Shown here: in pieces, positions 18,926-27,464 of the stretch
How the letters are laid out: each line of letters opens with the position of its first letter
Numbering within the stretch: position 1 is the stretch's first letter
DNA from: Patescibacteria group bacterium
GTDB lineage: Bacteria; Patescibacteriota; Minisyncoccia; Phycocordibacterales; UBA6065
Assembly (NCBI GenBank): GCA_038063975.1
Contig: JBBTTY010000028.1
Coordinates: forward strand, 1-33,476
Reading direction: 5' to 3'
DNA length: 33,476 nt
Notes under the pieces: generated by a model
Told to the model about the DNA's origin: nothing
Seen by the model: the letters and a program-made list of their open reading frames with translations, nothing else
Database searches by the model: none
Made by a program: the position numbers and the translations under genes

Positions 18926-20066
18926 TCTTTTTTCTCTTCAAATACTTCTTCCCTTTTAGTTTATCAGGCAAGTAACTTTCAGTATCATATTTTTCATAAC
19001 CTTTGCCGTAATTGAGTTCTTTCATCAGTTTTGTCGGTGCGTTACGAATTTTTAGAGGCACGGGTAAGTTCCCCGTTTTTTTCACATCATTCAAGGCTTC
19101 AAAATATCCGTCATGAGCCGAACGATCTTTTGCCGCCAGAGCTAAATAAGCTGTGCCATGAGCTAGATTGATTTGAGCTTCTGGCAAACCTATGACATCA
19201 ATGGCAGCGAATACAGCATTTGCAACAACTAGAGCTGTCGGCTGAGCCAAACCAATATCTTCTGAAGCAAATATGACCATTCTTCGAGCGATAAATTTAG
19301 GATCTTCGCCGCCCTCTATCATGCGCGCGAGGTAATAGAGAGCGGCGTCGGCATCCCCAGCGCGCATACTCTTTATATAGGCAGAAATGGTGTCATAGTG
19401 TTCATCACCTTTTTTATCAAAACGGATAAAAACTTGCTCAAACGCTAATTTCAGATTTTCAAGCGTTATTGTTCCGTATAGATTTTTTGCATTTTCCAAA
19501 GCGGATAGAGCAATACGCGCATCTCCATTTGCCAAACTAGAAAGCCAATCGAGGGCGTTTTTCGGTATCTTTATTTTTGTGCGCTTTAAAATCTTTTTTA
19601 TTTCCTCTTCTGTCAGACTTTTCAAAACAAAAACCCGTGAACGGGAAAGTAGAGCCGATATGATTTCAAAACTTGGATTTTCTGTCGTCGCACCTATGAG
19701 AGTCAGCCTGCCGGATTCCACAGATGGTAATAGAAAATCCTGTTGGGCTTTATTAAATCTATGAATTTCATCTAAGAAAAGAACCTTCGGCCGAGGGTCG
19801 AGCATCGTCGATTCGTCGAGAATCCTTTTTATATCATCCTTGCCCGCAGAGACAGCCGAAAGCTCATAAAATTTGGCATTGAGAGCCTTTGCATATATGC
19901 GCGCAATGGTAGTCTTGCCGACACCTGGTGGTCCCCAGAGAATGAAAGAAAAAAGGTGCTTGTCTTCTATAGCTTTACGCAGAGGTTTTCCGAGGCCAAC
20001 CAATTCTTCTTGGCCCACGAAATCTTTCAAACTTTGCGGTCTAATTTTATTTGCTAGTGGTTCCAT
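18900..20066 (-). CDS. rarA: Replication-associated recombination protein RarA/MgsA
   Basis: PLANKIRP, WGPPGVGKTT, DEIHRFNKAQQD, ATTENPSF, ASEDIGLA. Confidence 0.95.
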   Translation of the reverse strand: MEPLANKIRPQSLKDFVGQEELVGLGKPLRKAIEDKHLFSFILWGPPGVGKTTIARIYAKALNAKFYELSAVSAGKDDIKRILDESTMLDPRPKVLFLDEIHRFNKAQQDFLLPSVESGRLTLIGATTENPSFEIISALLSRSRVFVLKSLTEEEIKKILKRTKIKIPKNALDWLSSLANGDARIALSALENAKNLYGTITLENLKLAFEQVFIRFDKKGDEHYDTISAYIKSMRAGDADAALYYLARMIEGGEDPKFIARRMVIFASEDIGLAQPTALVVANAVFAAIDVIGLPEAQINLAHGTAYLALAAKDRSAHDGYFEALNDVKKTGNLPVPLKIRNAPTKLMKELNYGKGYEKYDTESYLPDKLKGKKYLKRKKIDNKSSQN

Positions 20067-20286
20067 TTTCTTCTATTAAAACAATTTTATGTGGCGAATG
20101 ATGTCCGCTGACTATTCTTATAACTCTCTTTGAATCACCAAAATGCGCGCGCAGTAATTCGAGAGCCCTAGCGTTTGCCAATCCCCTCTCGGCTGGCACC
20201 CTAACCATAACCAGATATTCATCTTTCTTTTCTTCCTTTACCGACTCTTTTTTTGCGCCGGCCGTGACATACACTTTTATGTACAT
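20047..20286 (-). CDS. DUF167/YggU family protein
   Basis: IKVYVTAGAKKE..PAERGLAN..IVSGHHSPHK. Confidence 0.85.
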   Translation of the reverse strand: MYIKVYVTAGAKKESVKEEKKDEYLVMVRVPAERGLANARALELLRAHFGDSKRVIRIVSGHHSPHKIVLIEENGTTSK

Positions 20287-20289
20287 AAA

Positions 20290-20952
20290 TTACTTAATTA
20301 TTCGAAAATACTGTCTAGCGATTTCAAGAAGTTCTCGACCAATCGCAGCATCATGATATCTAACAGTAGCACAACCCTGATATCCCACTCTTTTGTTAAT
20401 TCCGCCCTCTTTTTTTATATAACTTTTAATAAAATTAACCTGTGGTATATCGGTTATATTGGACCAAAAAGTCTTTTGGGTCTTTTCGTCATGATAACTA
20501 TGCAAATGAACACATACCCTAAACCTCGATTCGTCTAGATTGAAACCATCTCTCAGTAAAGATAAAAATATTCGCATAAGTTCAGAACTAGAATTTGTAA
20601 ACGTCATTCCATGTTTTATAGATTTCTCTCCCTCACAATAGTAAATAAGAGCGCACATTAGCTTTTTTTGCTGTTTGGTTGCCGTTGGTATTGCTCTCAG
20701 AGTTTCCTTAGCTTTTTCGCTCGCCTCTACTTCACGAATTATTCTTTTTTTAGACAAAGTTAAACCAGCTCTTTTATTACCTTCAATTTTAAGTCTCTCT
20801 ATTCTATTTTTTGCGTGCAGACTTAGAATAATTCCCCTCAACCAAATGGAAAGTGTACTCTTAGAGATTTTAACTGAATGTGAAATCTCATTTATAGATT
20901 GTCCCGTTTTTCGTAAACTGATCGCCTTGTTTTTAACTTCATTACTGAACAT
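20290..20952 (-). CDS. HTH plus single LAGLIDADG-like domain protein
   Basis: N-terminal HTH (LRKTGQSINEISHSVKISKSTLSIWL); ALIYYCEGEK followed by FTNSS and FWSNIT, resembling a LAGLIDADG helix. Confidence 0.6.
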   Translation of the reverse strand: MFSNEVKNKAISLRKTGQSINEISHSVKISKSTLSIWLRGIILSLHAKNRIERLKIEGNKRAGLTLSKKRIIREVEASEKAKETLRAIPTATKQQKKLMCALIYYCEGEKSIKHGMTFTNSSSELMRIFLSLLRDGFNLDESRFRVCVHLHSYHDEKTQKTFWSNITDIPQVNFIKSYIKKEGGINKRVGYQGCATVRYHDAAIGRELLEIARQYFRIIK

Positions 20953-21028
20953 ATAAGTATAGTTACATTAGTATACATTATACTATCTATTTTCAATGAA
21001 GTATGTAGTATGTTATGCTTTTTTTGTT

Positions 21029-21100
21029 GGGCCTGTAGTTTCAATGGTAAAACATCTCACTCCAAACGAGAGGTTCCCCGTTCGAGTCGGGGCGGGCCCG
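21029..21100 (+). tRNA. tRNA-Trp(CCA)
   Basis: GGGCCTG/CGGGCCC acceptor, CT-CCA-AA loop, TTCGAGT T-loop. Confidence 0.9.
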
Positions 21101-21103
21101 CAT

Positions 21104-21619
21104 ATGACAGACACAGAACAAAAAGTTCTCAAAGCCCTAAAATTAATCATTCCCGCTCTAGAAAAGTATGATTTCAAATGGGTGATCACAGGTGGTTTCG
21201 CTTCGCATGTTTACGGTGTAAATCGTCCAATAACAGATATCGATATAGACATCGATACAAGCAAAGATTCACCGGACTTTAAAAATCTAATCAGAGACCT
21301 CAAAAAATATACTACCCAACCTCTGGAGCACTTTGTCGACCAAAATTATGATAACTACAACTTCGAAATTACTTTGGACGGTATTGTGATAGACATATGT
21401 CCCATGAAAGAAATGTGTATATATGACAAGAAAACTTCAAAGTACACACCCTTCTACCAAATAGGATTTCCTGATTCAAAAGTTATTGGATGGAAAAGTC
21501 TAAACCTTCCCCTATTGTCAAAAGAACTTATTATAAAAAACAAAGAAATGCTGTTTTGGCAAAGAGAGTCAGACTTAAAAGATATCGAGAATTTGAAAAA
21601 ATTGAGCCAGAGAACATAA
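21104..21619 (+). CDS. Pol-beta-superfamily nucleotidyltransferase
   Basis: WVITGGFA..RPITDIDID (GG plus DxD), later IDI. Start at ATG 21104, after the tRNA. Confidence 0.7.
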   Translation: MTDTEQKVLKALKLIIPALEKYDFKWVITGGFASHVYGVNRPITDIDIDIDTSKDSPDFKNLIRDLKKYTTQPLEHFVDQNYDNYNFEITLDGIVIDICPMKEMCIYDKKTSKYTPFYQIGFPDSKVIGWKSLNLPLLSKELIIKNKEMLFWQRESDLKDIENLKKLSQRT

Positions 21620-21710
21620 TCGAGAAGTGGCTTTCGGAAGCCGACGGGCCGAGAACGAGACGCCCGGCCAGCAGGCCGGGACGGCGTACACTTCTCGATT
21701 ATGTTCTCTG
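21608..21710 (+). repeat. Structured dispersed element, copy 3
   Basis: 22-bp perfect inverted repeat enclosing GCTTTCGGA-AGCC(GACG)GGCC-GAGAACGA-GACG-CCCGGCC(AGCA)GGCCGGG-A-CGGC-GTA. Confidence 0.85.
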
Positions 21711-21717
21711 CCGAACT

Positions 21718-21873
21718 TTATTTCTTGCTCTCCTTGAACACCACGCGTTTGCGGAGCTTTTTGGAGTATTTTTTCAGCTCAATTTTGCGTTCTACTTTGC
21801 GCTTATTTTTGCGGGTAAAATAGACTTCGCCGGTCTGTTTATTTTTTAGAATGATGAGTTGGTCTTGGGACAT
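21718..21873 (-). CDS. rpmG: 50S ribosomal protein L33 (Cys-free form)
   Basis: MSQDQLIILKNKQTGEVYFTRKNKRKVERKIELKKYSKKLRKRVVFKESKK; below the ORF-track length cutoff. Confidence 0.92.
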   Translation of the reverse strand: MSQDQLIILKNKQTGEVYFTRKNKRKVERKIELKKYSKKLRKRVVFKESKK

Positions 21874-21900
21874 ATGTTCCGAAAGGTTATCATAAAGCCT

Positions 21901-23046
21901 TTAAAGAGGCAATATTCGCGGTATTTTGGGGTTTATACGGGCCACGATTTCATAATTGATCGTATCGGCCGCCTCGGCCATTTCTTCGGCAGAAATAATT
22001 TCCTTGCCTTGCTTGCCAATGATCACCACTTCATCTCCCTGTTTTACAGAAGGAATATCCGTGACATTGATAATGGTCATATCCATAGAAATTCTGCCGA
22101 CAATGTCCGCTCTCTTGCCGCACACTAGAACTTGACCATTATTAGAAAGGGAGCGTGGCAGACCATGCCAATAACCGACAGGAATAATGGCTAATCTAGA
22201 GTTTTTTGTGAGTTCATGTGTGAGGTCATAACCTATTTTTGATCCTTTTCCTGCAAGTTTTATTTCCGTGATAATTGTTTTCCATGTGAGAGCTGGAAAA
22301 ATTTCCACGCCTTTTGACCAGAGTTTTATTTCTCGCGAAGGCCACAGACCGTAGAGGGCGATGCCGGCCCTAGACATATCAAAATGGAAATTTTTTGAAA
22401 ATAAAATACCTGAACTCGCCGAAGCATGAGTGATAGGCGTAAAACCTCTCTGATTTAGTTTTTCGACGATATTTCTGAAATTATTTGCCTGCATTTTCGA
22501 ATAATCTTCGCGCATCGGATCTTCCATGACGGCAAAATGTGTATAGGCTCCTTCAATTTTTGCTGGAAAATTTTTGGCAGAAATAATTCGAATTATTTGC
22601 TGGACATGAGTTTCTGTTATTCCCTGCCTATGGAGACCTGTATCAAACTTCAAGTGTATGGAAAGTTTTTTGGGAAGTTTTGTTTTTGAGAGGATTGAAA
22701 GAGAATCGAGAGACGAAATTGTCAGGGAAATTTTCTTTTGAGAGGCAATTTTAAAGTATTTTGGCAAAGTATAACCAAAAACCAAAATCGGTACTTTAAA
22801 GCCAGCTCTGCGAAGCTCCAGAGCCTCTGTAATCTCATCTACAGCCAACCAATCTGCGCCACCTGAGAGAACAGCTTTTGCCGACAAAATCATGCCGTGT
22901 CCATAAGCATTTGATTTGACCACAGCCATCATGACTACTTTATTTGAAAGCAGAGATTTGAGTGTTCGAGTGTTTTTTTCTATAGCTTTCGGATCAATTT
23001 CAAGCCATGTCCGGAAAGATTCGGCAATATTTATAAACTGCTTCAT
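21901..23046 (-). CDS. alr: Alanine racemase
   Basis: AVVKSNAYGHG PLP-lysine motif, HLKFDTGLHRQG, GRISMD, TINYEIV. Confidence 0.96.
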   Translation of the reverse strand: MKQFINIAESFRTWLEIDPKAIEKNTRTLKSLLSNKVVMMAVVKSNAYGHGMILSAKAVLSGGADWLAVDEITEALELRRAGFKVPILVFGYTLPKYFKIASQKKISLTISSLDSLSILSKTKLPKKLSIHLKFDTGLHRQGITETHVQQIIRIISAKNFPAKIEGAYTHFAVMEDPMREDYSKMQANNFRNIVEKLNQRGFTPITHASASSGILFSKNFHFDMSRAGIALYGLWPSREIKLWSKGVEIFPALTWKTIITEIKLAGKGSKIGYDLTHELTKNSRLAIIPVGYWHGLPRSLSNNGQVLVCGKRADIVGRISMDMTIINVTDIPSVKQGDEVVIIGKQGKEIISAEEMAEAADTINYEIVARINPKIPRILPL

Positions 23047-23056
23047 AATGTTGATG

Positions 23057-23139
23057 TGCGCCGAGAGGGACTCGAACCCCCGGAGGCCAAAGGCCGCGAC
23101 GTTTACAGCGTCGTGTAATTGCCACTATACGATCGGCGC
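23057..23139 (-). tRNA. tRNA-Tyr(GTA)
   Basis: GCGCCGA/TCGGCGC acceptor, CT-GTA-AA loop, long variable arm. Confidence 0.92.
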
Positions 23140-23232
23140 ATGAGGAACTTCCCTACTTTATCAGATTTTTGCTCTATCACAAGCTTGCGTGATGCAGAGT
23201 CTCATATCTAAAGCTTCGGACGAACCGATTAT

Positions 23233-25962
23233 CTAGCTAGCCACTTTTTCGGATTTTTCTGCTTTCACTAATTCTATTTCATCACCAAACATTTTCACAA
23301 GCACTGGCTTTCTGCCCTTTTTTATATCGAAGGTGAATTCGCTGTTTTTTTGGCCTACAGAAATAGCGCCACCTTTGTTTACTTCTTGGGAAATCATAAA
23401 TCCGGCTATAGGTGTGAGAATTTTTTCTTGTATGAGACGACGGAGAGGTCTGGCACCATATTGAGGATTATAGCCTTCTTTTGCGAGATATTCCAAAACC
23501 GTAGGCTGGATTTCTAATCTGATTTCCTTTTCAGCCAAGCGTTTTATGACCTGTTCAATCTGGATTTTTACAATTTCTTTTATAGCTTCAATAGAAAGTA
23601 CGTCAAAGAGAAGAATCGAATCCAAACGATTGAGAAACTCCGGCCTAAAATAATCTTTTAGACTCTGCATTACTTTGTCTTTGACGTCTTCGTATTTCGC
23701 TTTATCTCCAGCGCCGGAAGCAAAACCGATTTTTTCCATTTTATCTATAAACTGGGCGCCGATGTTTGAGGTGAGAATAATGATAGTATTTTTGAAGTTC
23801 ACCACACGGTTCTTTGTATCAGTCAGACGACCGTTATCTAGAACCTGAAGCAAAATATTGAAAACTTCCGGGTGAGCTTTTTCAATTTCGTCAAAGAGAA
23901 TGACGGAATACGGACGGTGACGAACCATTTCGGTGAGAGACCCGCCTTCTTCATATCCGACATAGCCCGGTGGAGCACCGATCAGTTTCGACGTTGAATG
24001 TTTTTCCATAAACTCTGACATGTCCACGCGAATGAGGGCTCTCTCGTCATTGAACATGAATTCGGCTAGAGCTTTTGTAAGCTCGGTTTTGCCGACACCA
24101 GTCGGCCCGAGAAAGAGAAAAGAACCGATAGGTCTCTGGGGATCGGCGATGCCGGCCCGAGCGCGTCTCACGGTATCGGCGATTTTTTTGACAGCTTCTG
24201 TCTGTCCCACGACGCGTTTGGCTAATCCAGCTTCCATTCTCATCAGTTTGTTGGCTTCTTCTTCGAGCATGCGTGAGACTGGAATACCTGTCCATTTGGA
24301 AACTATATCAGCTATGTCTTGTTCATTGATTTCCTCTTTGAGGATTCGGCGAGATGATTGCAGTTTTTTGAATTTTTTCTGCTTCATATCTAAATCTTTT
24401 TCAAGTACAGGAATTTTTCCATATCTGATTTCAGCGGCTTTTGAAAGTTCGGCCTTTAGTTCTGCGGCTTCTTCTTCTAAACGCATTTTCTCCAGCTCTT
24501 TTTTGAGAGATTTAATATTCGTCAGTAGCTCTTTTTCACTTTTCCATTTTAGTTCGAGCTCTCTCGTTTCTTCTTGGAGATCAGCAATTGCCTTTTCTAT
24601 GGCTTTGATACGTGCCTTTGGAGCTTTTGCTTCATCTTTATTTTCTTTGGCTAATTCGATTTCTCTACGCAGAGCTTCGCGTTCAATTTCCAGGCGCATG
24701 ATTTTCCTGTGAGCGTCTTCTAGTAGAGGTGGCTTTGATTCGAGAGAAATTTTGAGAGCCGATGCCGCTTCATCTACCAAGTCAACGGTTTTGTCTGGCA
24801 AAAATCTCTCCGAAATATAGCGAGAAGAGAGGTTGACAGCCGCAATGATAGCGTCATCCGTAATACGCACGCCATGATAGAGCTCATACTTTTCTTTGAG
24901 ACCGCGCAAGATAGCGATGGCATCTTCTATAGAAGGCTCCGCTACATACACGGGCTGAAAACGACGCGTCAAGGCCGGGTCTTTTTCTATGTATTTTTGA
25001 TATTCCTTGAGCGTGGTAGCACCGATAGCGCGCAGATCGCCACGAGCCAGAGCAGGTTTCAACATATTTGAAGCGTCCATAGATCCTTCAGCCGCACCCG
25101 CACCGACAATAGTGTGGATTTCATCTATAAAGAGAATAATCTTGCCTTCGGAACGTTCGATTTCTTTCATGATGTTTTTTAGACGCTCTTCGAATTCGCC
25201 ACGATATTTCGTGCCAGCAACCAAGAGGCCAAGATCTAGCAAAACGAGTTCTTTGTCTTTGAGTGATTCCGGAACATCACCAGTCATCATGCGCAGAGCC
25301 AATCCTTCGACGATAGCAGTTTTTCCCACACCAGCTTCACCTATGAGAATAGGATTATTTTTCGTTCGGCGGGAGAGAATTTGGATGATGCGTTTGATTT
25401 CCTGATCACGACCGATGACAGGATCAAGTTTGTTTTCAAAAGCCAGTTTAGTGAGACTTTTTGTGTATTTGGCCAAAGTGCGAGGCCGTTTCGGAGCGAT
25501 ATGCTCTATGTTCTTGGTTGCACGCAATTCTTCGAGAACACGCAGAACTGACGCTTTGGTTATACGAAAGCGAGAGAGAATATCCAGAGCCGGACTAGAC
25601 ACTTCGAGGAGAGCGACGAGTAGGTGTTCGGTGGAAATAAATTCGTCTTTTAAACTTGTCGCTACTTTGCCGGAATTTTCCAGAGCTTGTGCCAATTCCG
25701 GCGTGAGATATATCTGATAAGACTGGGACAGGGTGGTTCCCGCCTGCGCGCCTTCGAGCGATTCGGCCAGAGAATCAGATAGGAGAATTATGTCTACTTC
25801 TAATTTTTCCAAAATAGCTGTAACCATACTCTCTTCTTGAAGTATGAGAGAGGAGAGGAGATGGAGTGGATTTACGTGATTTTGAGCGCGCTCAATGGCC
25901 AGCTCGTGCGCTCGTCTGATGGCTTCTTTGGCTTTGGTTGTAAAATGATTAAGGGGTGGCAT
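23233..25962 (-). CDS. clpB: AAA+ chaperone ClpB
   Basis: Two nucleotide-binding domains (GEAGVGKT, GPTGVGKT), KYRGEFEERL, GYVGYEEGG, long coiled-coil middle domain. Confidence 0.92.
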   Translation of the reverse strand: MPPLNHFTTKAKEAIRRAHELAIERAQNHVNPLHLLSSLILQEESMVTAILEKLEVDIILLSDSLAESLEGAQAGTTLSQSYQIYLTPELAQALENSGKVATSLKDEFISTEHLLVALLEVSSPALDILSRFRITKASVLRVLEELRATKNIEHIAPKRPRTLAKYTKSLTKLAFENKLDPVIGRDQEIKRIIQILSRRTKNNPILIGEAGVGKTAIVEGLALRMMTGDVPESLKDKELVLLDLGLLVAGTKYRGEFEERLKNIMKEIERSEGKIILFIDEIHTIVGAGAAEGSMDASNMLKPALARGDLRAIGATTLKEYQKYIEKDPALTRRFQPVYVAEPSIEDAIAILRGLKEKYELYHGVRITDDAIIAAVNLSSRYISERFLPDKTVDLVDEAASALKISLESKPPLLEDAHRKIMRLEIEREALRREIELAKENKDEAKAPKARIKAIEKAIADLQEETRELELKWKSEKELLTNIKSLKKELEKMRLEEEAAELKAELSKAAEIRYGKIPVLEKDLDMKQKKFKKLQSSRRILKEEINEQDIADIVSKWTGIPVSRMLEEEANKLMRMEAGLAKRVVGQTEAVKKIADTVRRARAGIADPQRPIGSFLFLGPTGVGKTELTKALAEFMFNDERALIRVDMSEFMEKHSTSKLIGAPPGYVGYEEGGSLTEMVRHRPYSVILFDEIEKAHPEVFNILLQVLDNGRLTDTKNRVVNFKNTIIILTSNIGAQFIDKMEKIGFASGAGDKAKYEDVKDKVMQSLKDYFRPEFLNRLDSILLFDVLSIEAIKEIVKIQIEQVIKRLAEKEIRLEIQPTVLEYLAKEGYNPQYGARPLRRLIQEKILTPIAGFMISQEVNKGGAISVGQKNSEFTFDIKKGRKPVLVKMFGDEIELVKAEKSEKVAS

Positions 25963-26686
25963 ATGTTTTTATAATATTCGATGGTATAAAGCTGTTTTGA
26001 TTACTTCCGTCATTTACAGCAATGACCTCACCTAAAAGATTAACAAGAATTGCGTGACTGTCAAAGCTTTCTCTCGTGGTATTTACTTTGATTCTCTCTT
26101 TATTTTTTGAAGAAATAATGCCTGTGGCAATAGAGAGTTCTTCCCTGCCTGCAATTAATACAACTGATTGGCCGAGTTTGAGTGTACCAGAATCGGCCAG
26201 TGTTGCTCCCGTATAAACTCTAGCATTTTTTTTATCGAATGCCTGCTCGGCTTGAAAGAGAGAAATACCTGTCAGAGGATCGCGTGATACAAAGGACAGG
26301 GTGACAGTGTTGCCGCCTAGGAGATCAGCCGAGAGATTATTCACATAAACAGTATCGGTCTCGGCTACAATTTTTCCGGAATTAGAGAGAATGATGCCGA
26401 GACCGAGGAAATTGCCACCACTTTTTATTCGAACGATTGATTTTTCAGCTCTGCTTATGGCATTTGTTATGGCTTCATCTTCCTTCACAACAATTATCTC
26501 TTTTGTGGTCGTTGCGCCTGGAGAGACGGTTTGAATAGTTTTCTCCACCACTCGATTTATAGTTTGGGTGACGGCTGGAGAGCTCTGGTCTAGGAGAGAT
26601 ACAGTGACAATACCTGTGGCGATAGACGAAACAAAGGAGACCAGAAGGGCTAGGAGAATAATCTGCTGTTTGGTCAGGTGTTCCAT
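25949..26686 (-). CDS. Membrane-anchored HtrA/trypsin-like domain protein, catalytic motifs degenerate
   Basis: N-terminal TM helix, GLGIILS..G, LKLGQSV, GIIS, LVNLLGEVIAV. TNAHV and GNSGG motifs absent. Confidence 0.7.
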   Translation of the reverse strand: MEHLTKQQIILLALLVSFVSSIATGIVTVSLLDQSSPAVTQTINRVVEKTIQTVSPGATTTKEIIVVKEDEAITNAISRAEKSIVRIKSGGNFLGLGIILSNSGKIVAETDTVYVNNLSADLLGGNTVTLSFVSRDPLTGISLFQAEQAFDKKNARVYTGATLADSGTLKLGQSVVLIAGREELSIATGIISSKNKERIKVNTTRESFDSHAILVNLLGEVIAVNDGSNQNSFIPSNIIKTYATP

Positions 26687-26727
26687 GACTCTATTTTATC
26701 GCATTTTGGAGATTTTGAAAGATGGAA

Positions 26728-26838
26728 GAAACGAAAGGGATGTTCTCGTGGAGCACGGAAGTTTTCTTGCTAGAAAACTTCCTCGGCTTCGTCGCCGTCG
26801 CTCCTCAGGCGTCTCCACTCGAACATCCCTTTCGTTTC
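26728..26838 (-). repeat. Structured dispersed element, copy 4 (divergent, inverted)
   Basis: 18-bp perfect inverted repeat. Minus-strand core GTGGAG-AC..GGA-GC(GACG)GC-GA..CGA-GGAAGTTTTCT(AGCA)AGAAAACTTCC-GTG-CTCCAC. Confidence 0.75.
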
Positions 26839-26995
26839 AAACCCTAGAATACGAAACTCCCTTCCCTGTTTTTCCAACCTGTCGTATTTTCCCCTCTTTT
26901 TCTAAAATTGAAAGGTACCGAGTCGCAGTTGCATCAGAGATGTGGAGAAGTTTTTCTACTTCGTCATTGGTTGTATTTTTTAAATTTCCATAAAC
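26837..26995 (-). pseudogene. C-terminal winged-HTH fragment (DeoR/DUF977-like)
   Basis: Frame reads TTNDEVEKLLHISDATATRYLSILEKEGKIRQVGKTGKGVSY* with no in-frame start codon. Confidence 0.65.
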
Positions 26996-27256
26996 TTATT
27001 TCCTTTTTCTCATTATAAAAAGATATTTAAATCCTCGGAGATAAAAATTATACTGTCTTGCCCGTTCGTGCCAAATTCCTGTATTTGATGTTTGATTATG
27101 ACGAGTAAGACAAATCATATCAACTGTTTCAAAGTATTTTTCTAATCTTTGCCACATTAAAAATCCAACAGGGGTAAATTTCTTTTTGATCCATTGATCG
27201 GCAATAACCCAGCCCATTACTTTACCTGGTTTTAAAATCCTTGTAGTAAATTCCAA
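26996..27256 (-). pseudogene. C-terminal fragment of a DNA (N4/N6-type) methyltransferase
   Basis: RILKPGKV..VIADQW..YLFIMRK resembles an MTase C-terminus; SAM-binding and DPPY motifs are missing. Confidence 0.55.
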
Positions 27257-27289
27257 AAAACAAAGGCTGGCGTTACGCCATTATATTTA

Positions 27290-27460
27290 TTATTTATTAA
27301 ACTGGCTCAAATTTCCTTTTACCTAATCGTAAAAATCAATTTCTAAAAATTTTAGAAATTCCTCAAATTTATTTTCTGAAAATTCTATTTTGTTTTCTTC
27401 GCAAAATTCTTTGAATAATTTTTCAACTTCTAAAGCATTGATGATTGTATTATTTTTTAT
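27290..27460 (-). pseudogene. Small helical protein pseudogene
   Basis: ATA at the expected start position and an internal TAG (27325-27323): KNNTIINALEVEKLFKEFCEENKIEF..EIDFYD*VKGNLSQFNK. Confidence 0.5.
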
Positions 27461-27464
27461 ATTG

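Noticed and set aside
24020-25717. Long plus-strand ORFs opposite clpB, and similar antisense ORFs elsewhere
   Set aside because: Shadow frames of conserved genes with no recognisable motifs.
27323-27325. Stop-codon recoding (TAG or TGA read-through)
   Set aside because: TAG and TGA end intact genes normally (topA, infB, dprA), tRNA-Trp has a CCA anticodon, and no suppressor tRNA is seen.
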